Source of the DNA: Acaryochloridaceae cyanobacterium VAR_48_metabat_390 | GTDB lineage: Bacteria > Cyanobacteriota > Cyanobacteriia > Thermosynechococcales > Thermosynechococcaceae | Direction of reading: 5' to 3' | NCBI GenBank assembly: GCA_031422435.1 | Contig: JANPLU010000027.1 | Span: 1 to 44,146, forward strand | Length of the DNA stretch: 44,146 bases | Part shown: positions 30,541 through 42,403 of the stretch, piece after piece | Numbering within the stretch: position 1 is the stretch's first letter | Layout: each line of letters begins with the position of its first letter | Position numbers and translations under genes: made by a program | Notes under the pieces: model-generated | The model's database searches: none | Told to the model about the DNA's origin: nothing | Seen by the model: only the letters and a program-made list of their open reading frames with translations

Positions 30541-31951
30541 AGCCCACCTCCATTGCGATTTGCTGTGGAAATGGATCGCTTTCAGTGGGCAAGGCATCCA
30601 GAAGCCACAGACCATTGGTAAACTTGGGCGACTGAATAGACAGCGCCATACCCTGATGGAGACCTGACACCAGCAGGGTGAGCAGATCGACTAGCTTCGG
30701 ATCCCAGCGATCGCCAGAGTATTGCTGACACTGAGCCAGTGCCGTTTGCAGCCGCGTAAACCACGCGGCTTTTGCCTCTGGGCTTTCTGGTGCGCTAAGT
30801 GCACCGACCAACTGCTGAAAATGTGCCGCCAGTGCCAAAATACGAGCCTCTAGAGGGATGTCATCTGCCGCAAGCCCTGCTGGCCCCCCTTTGCCATTCC
30901 ACCACTCAGTTTGATGGGTCATAATTTGGGCGACGGCTCTTAAGCGCGGCATGGTTCGCAATGCCTGGGCACCTGGCTCTAGGGCGCAGGTGAGGGGACA
31001 AGCCGGATACTCGCTTTGAACAGGCTTAGATGGCGAAAAGAGACTTTCGGCACCCTGCATTGGGCCTAAGCGATGGAGAATGCCGGCCAGCCGCAGCCGC
31101 TTAAGCTGCCAGCCTGGTAAATCTAAAAGCTGACCCATCATTTCGGCTAAGGCCGCCACTTCAGCAGGGGCTTTAGGATTGTCAGGATCGAGATCGTCAA
31201 TAATCTGAGCCATCCGCAAAAATGCCTGAAGCTCGTTAGAGAGCAGATTATCGTCCAGAAAGGCATCTTGGTTAACGCCTAAATCTGCCTGTCCTTTTTG
31301 AAGGTAGGACACGACCGTGGACACTACGCTGTCGAGGGGCTGAGGGGGCAACGTGGCGCGTTCCGCCAGGATGCTCTGCATTTGCTGGTTCAGTTTGGCT
31401 TGTAGCGATGGGTTGTAGGTCCCGACGTGGGCGATCGCCAATTCCATTACTTCTTCTACTAAATTTGCCTCAAAAGTCCAAAAGCCATAGAACTTGCGAG
31501 CCAAGTCGTCTTGCGGAACGCCAGATTTGCCGTAATCTGACGCTGAGAGCTCCTGGCACAGCACCATTGCGGCATAGGTAGGTCCAAAAATAATGAGATG
31601 CCATTCTTCAGAAACGGGATCGCTTTCTTTAAGGGCGACTAGATCTACCATGGGTTTTTGGCTGGTGGGATGCTCAGCAAATCCCGCATCATCCGAGGCC
31701 ATAATAACCACCTGACGGGCTTTGTCAGCGAGTTCGGCATAGCGATCCGCTTCTTGCAGATACCATTTGCCGCGCTGAAAGGCGGTCATGACCAGGGGCG
31801 GGTTGTCGCACGCTAAGATGCAGTCTTCTAGCGCGTGGCACAGAGACACCAGCGTATTTTTGTAATAAACGCCTAAGCTCAGCGGACGCTGCAGAGAAAG
31901 CTTTGGATCATGGGCTGTGGCAAGCTTCTGGAGAATGGAACCTTCTAACAT
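30530..31951 (-). CDS. DICT sensory domain + degenerate HD-GYP-like domain protein
   Basis: DICT: YYKNTLVSLCHALED, FQRGKWYLQEADRY, EEWHLI, RKFYGFWTF. HD-GYP-like: LAGILHRLG, HQTEWWNGKGGP, IPLEARIL, RWDPKLV. Confidence 0.82.
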   Translation of the reverse strand: MLEGSILQKLATAHDPKLSLQRPLSLGVYYKNTLVSLCHALEDCILACDNPPLVMTAFQRGKWYLQEADRYAELADKARQVVIMASDDAGFAEHPTSQKPMVDLVALKESDPVSEEWHLIIFGPTYAAMVLCQELSASDYGKSGVPQDDLARKFYGFWTFEANLVEEVMELAIAHVGTYNPSLQAKLNQQMQSILAERATLPPQPLDSVVSTVVSYLQKGQADLGVNQDAFLDDNLLSNELQAFLRMAQIIDDLDPDNPKAPAEVAALAEMMGQLLDLPGWQLKRLRLAGILHRLGPMQGAESLFSPSKPVQSEYPACPLTCALEPGAQALRTMPRLRAVAQIMTHQTEWWNGKGGPAGLAADDIPLEARILALAAHFQQLVGALSAPESPEAKAAWFTRLQTALAQCQQYSGDRWDPKLVDLLTLLVSGLHQGMALSIQSPKFTNGLWLLDALPTESDPFPQQIAMEVGYGH

Positions 31952-32096
31952 GGTGGAGCTAAAACCAGTTTTAAAATTGGAAATGTTGTTTTGTTAGCCA
32001 GTGCGGCTAACGCTTTGTTACATTGTTACAAATTTTTGCCTTTAAGCCAGAAATTCTAATAAAACCTTCACATCGTGACGAGATTAAGTGCTTTGG

Positions 32097-32936
32097 TTAG
32101 CCTTTTACAAACTTATGCAATACCTCCGCGATCGCCGCCCCCTCCGTTTGCAGCAGACCATGATCTGCCTCTGGAAATACGTGCATCTGAGCCTGAGTAA
32201 TGCCCGAGGCATAGGCTTGGCAGTGCCACAGCGGAATCGTATCATCCTTTCCGGCGGCAATCACCAGCGTTGGAACCTTAATTTGACCTAGGTCTTGTTC
32301 TACCGTATCTACCGCATCTTCAGGTCGCAGGCGATCGCGCAGAAATGATTTTGCCACAGGCTGCTCTAGCAATGCCTGACGCACTCGCATAATCTCTTCA
32401 AAAGACTGCTGTTGCCCCAGCCATCGGCTGATGGGAGCGATCGCCTTCAGCCCCAAATCGACCCAAGAGCTTTCCCAGAGGAGCGGTCTTAAATGGCTAT
32501 AGCGCCCCACAAACTGATCGTCTCGGATTCCCGCAGGGGCAATGAGTGCCAGCCCCGCCAGTCCATTGAGACGCGGCGGCATCTTTCGTTCAGGCAGGTT
32601 GAGTTTGCCCCTGGTACAAGCGATCGCATAGGCGGCAGCCGTCCAACCGCCGTAGGAATGCCCTACGAGATAAAAATGCTCAAGCCCTAGCGCTGCAATA
32701 TAGTGCTCAACAAACTCAACCTGATGCCAAATGTTGTAGCGCAGCTCTGGCTTTGCAGATTCGCCAAACCCCAGTAAATCTAGCGCAATGCAGCGGTAGT
32801 TTGGCAGATGCTCCATCACGGGTAGCCAGTTGCGGCCGTCCCCCAAAAAACCGTGGAGAAATACGATGGGTGTGCCCATACCCTGTTCCAGATAGGCGGC
32901 GGCGTAAGGCTTAAGCGGAAGGTGTTGTTTTTGCAT
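32097..32936 (-). CDS. Alpha/beta-fold hydrolase
   Basis: FLHGF, DLLGFGES, nucleophile elbow GHSYGG, acid GKDD, His in ADH; overlaps the GT2 3' end. Confidence 0.9.
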   Translation of the reverse strand: MQKQHLPLKPYAAAYLEQGMGTPIVFLHGFLGDGRNWLPVMEHLPNYRCIALDLLGFGESAKPELRYNIWHQVEFVEHYIAALGLEHFYLVGHSYGGWTAAAYAIACTRGKLNLPERKMPPRLNGLAGLALIAPAGIRDDQFVGRYSHLRPLLWESSWVDLGLKAIAPISRWLGQQQSFEEIMRVRQALLEQPVAKSFLRDRLRPEDAVDTVEQDLGQIKVPTLVIAAGKDDTIPLWHCQAYASGITQAQMHVFPEADHGLLQTEGAAIAEVLHKFVKG

Positions 32937-34152
32937 GGGGAATTACCAGCGATCGTCCACGCCAGGTCCAGCCCCAGCCCGTTTCTGTTTTGATGATAGA
33001 GGCAATGGCGATCGCCGCTACGAGTAGCCCCCCCAGCCAGCTCAAACTCCAGTAGCGAGCGGGCAGCTCTATCAAGATTGCCTGCTGCCGCCACAAAATT
33101 GATTCCCACAGCAGCAGTGCTGAAGCGAAAATAAAGGGGATTACAAACAGCTCCCCCTCTGGCAAACCGATGCTGAGCACAGCAGCACCGCTGAGCAAGA
33201 TACCAAGCCAGGGCACCACTAAAACAAACACTGAAATAATCGAAATCAGAAGCGTTGCTGAAACTTTTCGCTGTGCGCCCATATGAAGATTTTTAGTCCA
33301 GCCTTCCCACAGGGCTGCTAGATTCTGGTACATTCTGACCTTCACCAGTCCCAGGCCCAGCATGAGGCGCATCTTGAATCCAAATGCCTTAATTTGGCGA
33401 GCCAGCGCCACATCTTCGACCAAATCATCGGCAACGGCGCGATGTCCGCCAATGTGGTCATAGGACGCACGGCGAAACAGCATAAAGGGGCCAGCGGCAA
33501 AAGCGATACTTGTCTGTGCTGGATCGTTGACGGCGGCAAAACTAAATCCTGCGGTCAGCATTCGCACAATAATGGGCTGAGCAAGCCACTCTGCTAAGCA
33601 GCCACACACAATTTCAGGCAGACAGCTAATGAGGTCGGCGTGGGTCGCCTGGGCTTCGGCAAGGGCAGCGGCGATTGCTCCTGGCTTTAGCCTTACGTCA
33701 GCATCAATAAATAGCAGATATTCCCCTTTGGCTTGCTCAACGGCCTGAGCACAGGCCCAGTTTTTGCCGCGCCACACGGCTGTCGTGGGTCGTGGAGGTA
33801 CTACCACTAAATGAACGCGAGGGTCTTGGGCGACGAGGGTGTGGGCGATCGCCCTGGTTTCGTCAATAGATTCGTCATCGGCAATCCAGATCTGGAGATG
33901 GTGAGGGTTGGGCAGCTCGCTTTTGAGGACAGACTCGACGCACTCGCGCAGATTAATCGCTTCGTTGTAAGCCGGAATAACAACGGCAATCGTTGGGAGG
34001 TAGAGCGGCGATGGATTTGATGTCGTTAGGCGGGGTGCGGTATCGATAGAAGCCTTAAAACTTTGATGGAATCGAAAAATGACGTAGCTTGACAGACAAA
34101 GCGCTCCTATTTCAAGCAAGGTCAGAAGACGATTAAATTCAGCCCATGCCAT
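32911..34152 (-). CDS. Membrane family-2 glycosyltransferase (carotenoid/hopanoid glycosyltransferase-like)
   Basis: VIPAYNE, DDESID, WRGKNWAC, FIDADV, LVEDVAL, LWEGWTKN, WTWRGR; N- and C-terminal TM helices. Confidence 0.85.
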   Translation of the reverse strand: MAWAEFNRLLTLLEIGALCLSSYVIFRFHQSFKASIDTAPRLTTSNPSPLYLPTIAVVIPAYNEAINLRECVESVLKSELPNPHHLQIWIADDESIDETRAIAHTLVAQDPRVHLVVVPPRPTTAVWRGKNWACAQAVEQAKGEYLLFIDADVRLKPGAIAAALAEAQATHADLISCLPEIVCGCLAEWLAQPIIVRMLTAGFSFAAVNDPAQTSIAFAAGPFMLFRRASYDHIGGHRAVADDLVEDVALARQIKAFGFKMRLMLGLGLVKVRMYQNLAALWEGWTKNLHMGAQRKVSATLLISIISVFVLVVPWLGILLSGAAVLSIGLPEGELFVIPFIFASALLLWESILWRQQAILIELPARYWSLSWLGGLLVAAIAIASIIKTETGWGWTWRGRSLVIPHAKTTPSA

Positions 34153-34267
34153 ACAAGTTCTCTCAACCTTTTTTCAGAGCATCATCTTGACCGACGCTCC
34201 AAATGCGGAGTTGTAAGGTAGATCAGCCAGCACAGAAAAAGCGCCCATTTAGATAACGAACACAAAT

Positions 34268-35053
34268 TTATTGAGCCATTGCCAAGAGGTACTTTACCGC
34301 CGTAGGGAGATCCGGTACAACCGCCGTTGGTTCTAGACGCTGTAGATAAGACTGACTCCGAATCCCGCAGGTGACTGCAACGGTGGATAGTCCTAGTGCC
34401 TGACCTGCCAATACATCGGCCTCAGTATCTCCAATCACCCAAAACTGACTGCAATCATTGCTTACACCGCGCATGAGGTCTTCTAGAATGGCCTGCTTGC
34501 CTTCTGCGTAGTTTTGGTAGGCCGAAAATCGATCTTCTGCGCCGCAGATATGGTCAAAATAATGCGCTAAGTGCAGCTCCTGCAAAAGCTGCCTTGCCTC
34601 AATTTGGCAACGTAGCGTCACCAGCGACAGCCGCACGCCCCGCTGGCGCAGTTGCTCTAAAGATTGCCTTACTCCAGGCTGAAGCTGATCTTCTTGAAGC
34701 AAAATTGGCTGATTGACAATCTTGAGGACGTTGGTTAGAAATATACCCACTTGCTCATCCCGAAGCCCAGAGCAAAACGCAATGTCTGCATCAGGGATGC
34801 GCTCTTGCTTCATCTGCCAAAACTGAGGTTCGCCCAAGGGCGTTAACAGCAGCGATCTCCCCTGAGCCTGAAAATGTGCCTGAGTTTCGGCGATCGCCAA
34901 CTGGTAGGTCTTGTAATAACGCCGCGAAACATCAATCAGCGGCCCATCTAGATCACAAAATACCGTCAAATTTAGCGGTACCTCAGAACTGTATCCACCG
35001 ACATCTATCGCATTAGATGACTCAGCGGCATTCTCGGCAAACATGATTGGCAT
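34268..35053 (-). CDS. HAD-superfamily hydrolase (phosphoglycolate phosphatase-like)
   Basis: Motif I CDLDGPLID, motif II VTLR, motif IV IGDTEAD. Confidence 0.85.
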   Translation of the reverse strand: MPIMFAENAAESSNAIDVGGYSSEVPLNLTVFCDLDGPLIDVSRRYYKTYQLAIAETQAHFQAQGRSLLLTPLGEPQFWQMKQERIPDADIAFCSGLRDEQVGIFLTNVLKIVNQPILLQEDQLQPGVRQSLEQLRQRGVRLSLVTLRCQIEARQLLQELHLAHYFDHICGAEDRFSAYQNYAEGKQAILEDLMRGVSNDCSQFWVIGDTEADVLAGQALGLSTVAVTCGIRSQSYLQRLEPTAVVPDLPTAVKYLLAMAQ

Positions 35054-35311
35054 AACCCTTACTCAAGGATTGAAACATTTCGTTACCTTACCCTAGCAAC
35101 TTATTGTAAGATTTGGGGTTGTTTTCATAACCCATCCAAAAGCTTAGCTTTATCTGAGGCAATACGGATGGATTTTGAACCAAGGCATTGCTGCCTAGGC
35201 AACATAAGTAGCTATTCAGCTTCTTAGCAGGAGTATTCCCATTGATGCAGTATCCTAGTTAGATGCTGCTTCTGAGATCGCCCTCTCCTTTTAGGGTTAA
35301 TTTAAGGATAG

Positions 35312-36447
<1,136 letters not shown>

Positions 36448-36508
36448 TCCTATGCCTTAAACGCTTTACCGAGTAACCTCAAAAATTCCGATACTGCCGT
36501 AACGTTGA

Positions 36509-38571
<2,063 letters not shown>

Positions 38572-38576
38572 TGGAT

Positions 38577-39434
38577 CTATCCCTGCTTGGTTGCGCGCAG
38601 CAATCCGTAGCGGATTAAACCCTGGCGATATCCTGCTGACATATACTGCAGGGCAAAGGCTCCCTGAAGCGTCTGCCAACCCGCCGTCAAAATTTTAGGA
38701 ATCACGCTAAGGCTAAGGGCTGAGGTAATCACATCATCCCAAAAAGGGGCAACGGCATCTGACCAATCTGCGGTGCGGATTTGCTGAAAATTCATACTTT
38801 CTGCAATTTGAGCATAGTCGGGTAAAGAAATGACGTAGGGCAAATGATAAATTCGGTAGATTTTGCGGAGCAGATCATTCTCTTGAGGCGTTAGAGGGCT
38901 TTGGGGTGGGTTAATGTCTCGGTGGCACCAGGTCGCCATAATGAGAGTGCCACCAGGCTTCAGCACTCGGTGGCACTCCTGCAAAAACTTCGTTTTGTCT
39001 GGCATGTGTTCGCCGCTTTCTAACGTCCACACTAAATCAAACGATTCGTCTGCAAAGGGCATTTGAAGCGCATCCGCGACCTTAAACTGCGCCTGAGTCG
39101 ACAACCCTGCGGCTTCGGCACGGGCGATCGCCCGATTGGCCTGGACGGGGCTGAGAGTAATGCCCGTCACGGTGGCGTCATACTTCTGCGCTAAATACAG
39201 TGAGCTGCCGCCAATGCCGCATCCAACGTCCACAATGCTGGCGGCAGTCTGCTGCGGCTGTGCCCAGGCTAATAGCTCTTCAATGAGGTCGATTTGAGCC
39301 TGCTTGCGCTCGCGTTTCTGTTTGCCGTCAGCGCCGTAGTAGCCGTGGTGCATGTGTTCACCCCACACCTGTTCCCAAAGGCCTGAGGAGGCATCATAAA
39401 ACTGCTGAATGCGTTGTGATAGCGTTGATGTCAT
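38577..39434 (-). CDS. vte4: Gamma-tocopherol methyltransferase
   Basis: IQQFYDASSGLWEQVWGEHMHHGYY, VDVGCGIGGSS, ESGEHMPDK, ATWCHR; adjacent to hpt. Confidence 0.88.
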   Translation of the reverse strand: MTSTLSQRIQQFYDASSGLWEQVWGEHMHHGYYGADGKQKRERKQAQIDLIEELLAWAQPQQTAASIVDVGCGIGGSSLYLAQKYDATVTGITLSPVQANRAIARAEAAGLSTQAQFKVADALQMPFADESFDLVWTLESGEHMPDKTKFLQECHRVLKPGGTLIMATWCHRDINPPQSPLTPQENDLLRKIYRIYHLPYVISLPDYAQIAESMNFQQIRTADWSDAVAPFWDDVITSALSLSVIPKILTAGWQTLQGAFALQYMSAGYRQGLIRYGLLRATKQG

Positions 39435-39591
39435 AAATGAAGTTTTTAAGGAAATGATGGCTAAATCAAGACTTTTACGGATCTCCTCATGGAACCCTCT
39501 TGATTCTAGGCCACCCCTATCAATCCCCTCATAAAGTTATCAACTGTCTAGCGATGCTGCCACAGTAAAATTGCTGCAAGCCAAGTCAGCG

Positions 39592-40065
39592 CTACGCAGG
39601 CTCTGAAGTAATGCAGTGTAAAAACTCCAGGGGCAAGCCATCTGGATCTGCTGCAAACGTAACGCGATAGGTCAGCTCACCGATGGTCTGCACTTGGGGC
39701 AGCAGCAACACGCAAAAAGGAAGCGACTTCTCTCGCAGCGTTTCGCGCCACCCATTCAGCCAGTCTTCAAGCGAAAGCTTAGATCCGCCACAAGAGTCTG
39801 TCCCAGAAGCCCGCCCCTCCAGTTTCTCCGTTAGATCAAAGGACAGGTGATAGTACCCTACATAATGCTCATCACCAAAGGCATCAGGGGCAGGCTTAGG
39901 CTGCGGAATTTCTATCAGTTCTAGTCGCCCTGCCGTACCCGTCATCCAGCAGGCTAGAGTGTAGCCCGTTGTAAAACGCTCCTGTACCGAAAAGCCTAGG
40001 GTTTCGTAAAAGGCGATCGCCCGATGAATATTCGAGGTGCGAATTGACATATGGTGAGCGCGCAT
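39592..40065 (-). CDS. VOC/glyoxalase family protein
   Basis: HHMSIRTSNIHRAIAFYE, RLELIE, GYYHLSFD, DPDGLPLEF. Start is 40065 or 40080. Confidence 0.85.
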   Translation of the reverse strand: MRAHHMSIRTSNIHRAIAFYETLGFSVQERFTTGYTLACWMTGTAGRLELIEIPQPKPAPDAFGDEHYVGYYHLSFDLTEKLEGRASGTDSCGGSKLSLEDWLNGWRETLREKSLPFCVLLLPQVQTIGELTYRVTFAADPDGLPLEFLHCITSEPA

Positions 40066-40086
40066 GTCGTGCAAAATCACCTAAAG

Positions 40087-40602
40087 CTACTCAAAAAAAC
40101 GGGAATAGGGCGAATGATTGGGCAATCCAGGCTCTTTGTCCAGTAAAAAATTTACGACCCTCCATTGTGGATCTTCGCTCTGATCGGGGCCAAACTCGAC
40201 GGGTAGACCATAGAGCCGAAGCAGCCCTACAGGGCGTCCATTATTTTTATCACCCAGAGCCGTTCGCTCTAGGTAGGTGCCCAGCAACGCCTGATATCGG
40301 TGGGCAATGACCACGCGGGTCGCTCGAAAACCCTCAGCATAAAGGCGATCAAGTGCCTCATGAATTTCAAACCGAATGCCGTCTGGGTGCGTATGCTGGC
40401 GATACCATTCCCCCTCCCACTGCCGCCAGTGACGACCCGACTGAAGGTGAACCAGCTCCGCTGTCTCAGGATTCGCTTCAAAGGCTCCATGTCTATGACA
40501 CAAATAAGTATCCGTCAGCATCAGCGCAGGCAGCACCTGGCGACAGTGAGGACAGCTAATTTCAGGCCCAAAGATAGGATACTGCAACACCGTGTGCATC
40601 AT
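40087..40602 (-). CDS. Cyanobacterial conserved protein, TIGR02652 family (putative zinc ribbon)
   Basis: LQYPIFGPEISCPHCRQ, TDTYLCHRHGAFEA, WYRQHTHPDGIRFEIHEALDRL. Confidence 0.8.
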   Translation of the reverse strand: MMHTVLQYPIFGPEISCPHCRQVLPALMLTDTYLCHRHGAFEANPETAELVHLQSGRHWRQWEGEWYRQHTHPDGIRFEIHEALDRLYAEGFRATRVVIAHRYQALLGTYLERTALGDKNNGRPVGLLRLYGLPVEFGPDQSEDPQWRVVNFLLDKEPGLPNHSPYSRFFE

Positions 40603-40781
40603 GGAGAGCTGATCGGGTTAAGGACGCTGCACGTTGTTAAGATTGGCCTCATTATAGCGGGGTTTAAAGCAGTCAGTCAGAAATGACAGTCAGGAAACGC
40701 CAGCCCGAAAGCTTTCGCCATTATGATCGGTTAATCCCCAAACCTAAGGGGATCGATTGCCCCCATCTCTTCTCCAGACCT

Positions 40782-41348
40782 ATGCTCGAAGATGCTCAAG
40801 CAAATTTCAAAGAACAAGCGGCTGCTCCCCCCTTATATTGGTCGGCTCCAGATGGCTCAGCAGCGGCCTTCATTGCGTCCAATGCCACCCTTGTGGGGCA
40901 AGTCTTGCTTAAAGAAGGGTGCAGCATCTGGTATGGAGCCGTGCTGCGGGGGGATGTAGAACGCATTGAAATTGGTGCCCATAGCAACGTCCAAGATGGT
41001 GCCGTACTCCACGGCGATCCAGGACAGCCCACAATCCTAGAAGATTATGTGACCGTAGGCCATCGCGCAGTGATCCATTCTGCCCATATCGAGTATGGCA
41101 GCCTTATTGGCATTGGTGCCGTCATCTTAAACGGGGTGCGGGTTGGAGCAGGCAGCATTATTGGGGCAGGGGCAGTCGTTTCTAAATCAGTGCCGCCTCA
41201 TAGCCTATGGGTGGGGGTGCCGGCTAAACCGCTGCGAGCGCTTAACAAGGCAGAAGTTCATGACCTTATCGAACATGCTAAACGCTATGAAAAACTAGCG
41301 CTGGTACACAGCAATCGAGGGACAGACTTGGGGTTTACAGCGTCCTAG
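40782..41348 (+). CDS. Gamma carbonic anhydrase family (YrdA/PaaY-like) hexapeptide-repeat protein
   Basis: SIWYGAVLRGD, SNVQDGAVLH, VTVGHRAVIH (three His ligands), GVPAK. Start probably ATG 40782. Confidence 0.9.
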   Translation: MLEDAQANFKEQAAAPPLYWSAPDGSAAAFIASNATLVGQVLLKEGCSIWYGAVLRGDVERIEIGAHSNVQDGAVLHGDPGQPTILEDYVTVGHRAVIHSAHIEYGSLIGIGAVILNGVRVGAGSIIGAGAVVSKSVPPHSLWVGVPAKPLRALNKAEVHDLIEHAKRYEKLALVHSNRGTDLGFTAS

Positions 41349-41467
41349 CTAGCTTTTACAAAAGCCAATCTACTCAAAAATCGTAACAATCCCCGTTTCA
41401 AAATTAGCCGAGTATAGGAAGATAGAAACAGGTTCTTGAAGAGAAGCGTTACGCGAGGTCTACGGTA

Positions 41468-41587
41468 ATGAATTTTGACTTTCGGATTTTGATTGTGCTT
41501 CTGCCTTTGCTTTTGGCTGCTGGCTGGGCTGTGCGCAACATCTTGCCTTATGCGCTCAACCAGCTCAACGGCATGCTCAATAAGTAG
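41468..41587 (+). CDS. psbY: Photosystem II protein Y (39 aa, absent from the ORF track)
   Basis: Manual translation MNFDFRILIVLLPLLLAAGWAVRNILPYALNQLNGMLNK*; GAGG upstream; single TM helix with the PsbY pattern D.R...V..P...A..WA..NI. Confidence 0.92.
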   Translation: MNFDFRILIVLLPLLLAAGWAVRNILPYALNQLNGMLNK

Positions 41588-41614
41588 TCGCCTAGGCTAC
41601 TTTAAGTTTTAATG

Positions 41615-41657
41615 AGGTGCCGACTGTTCTACAATTTCTAAGACGGTCGGGCCTTTT
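41615..41657 (+). terminator. Intrinsic terminator after psbY
   Basis: Stem ccgactgt...acggtcgg followed by gcctttt. Confidence 0.55.
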
Positions 41658-42185
41658 CTATGGGCGGATTTTAGTGCTGGACAGTTTTTCTATAACGGTC
41701 GAATACCGAATCGGCGGATTTAGAAATCCTCGGATATGGCGCACAATTCTTTGCTGCTGCTGCCAGTCGGTGCTTATGGTGCGCGTTACGGGTAAACGTT
41801 TCCCTGATGTCATTCTTAAGCTCACTCGATAGAAGCAAGTCCCCAGCATCTCCACAGTGTTCACCTCAACTGCTTTCACATCTTCCGTCGAATGCTTTGC
41901 TACTTTGTGGCTCAAAAGGTAGTGCTGATAAACAATCAAGGATTTTTGAGTTTTATCAAATGTTAGAGTCTCTGTAGGTGCCAGCATTGTAAAAATACTG
42001 CCCAGAGCGATACAGATGGCGCCCATCCAATCGACCGGAGGCTCAAATAAGAAAAACATAAAAATTCCGGTGCAGCTGGTGGCAACGCTGAGTAACGCAA
42101 TGCCAGACAGGCGTTCTTGAATCGTTAAACAGACCGCAGTATGTTGAATGACCTTCATGGCAGGCAGATTATTTGTGAGATGCAT
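41658..42185 (-). CDS. Hypothetical membrane protein (two TM helices plus a bacterial PH-like beta domain)
   Basis: Two hydrophobic helices, then ETLTFDK...VKAVEV...YRVSLRMTSGKRLP...IRGFL. Confidence 0.65.
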   Translation of the reverse strand: MHLTNNLPAMKVIQHTAVCLTIQERLSGIALLSVATSCTGIFMFFLFEPPVDWMGAICIALGSIFTMLAPTETLTFDKTQKSLIVYQHYLLSHKVAKHSTEDVKAVEVNTVEMLGTCFYRVSLRMTSGKRLPVTRTISTDWQQQQRIVRHIRGFLNPPIRYSTVIEKLSSTKIRP

Positions 42186-42403
42186 AGGGCTAGATAGGCT
42201 TAGTATGAACCTCGCAAATGGAAATGGTTCATTTACAGTAGTAAATAGGGAATAATTTATTACGGCAATCCGTCAGCCTCAGATGACTCGGTCTAATGGG
42301 ATTTCACCAGAGTGCTAGAAACTCGTCTGACTAAGATTCATCACTATGACGTTGATAACGGTCGGGAGAACTGTTTTCGCCCCACTTACCCAAGCGATGC
42401 TGC

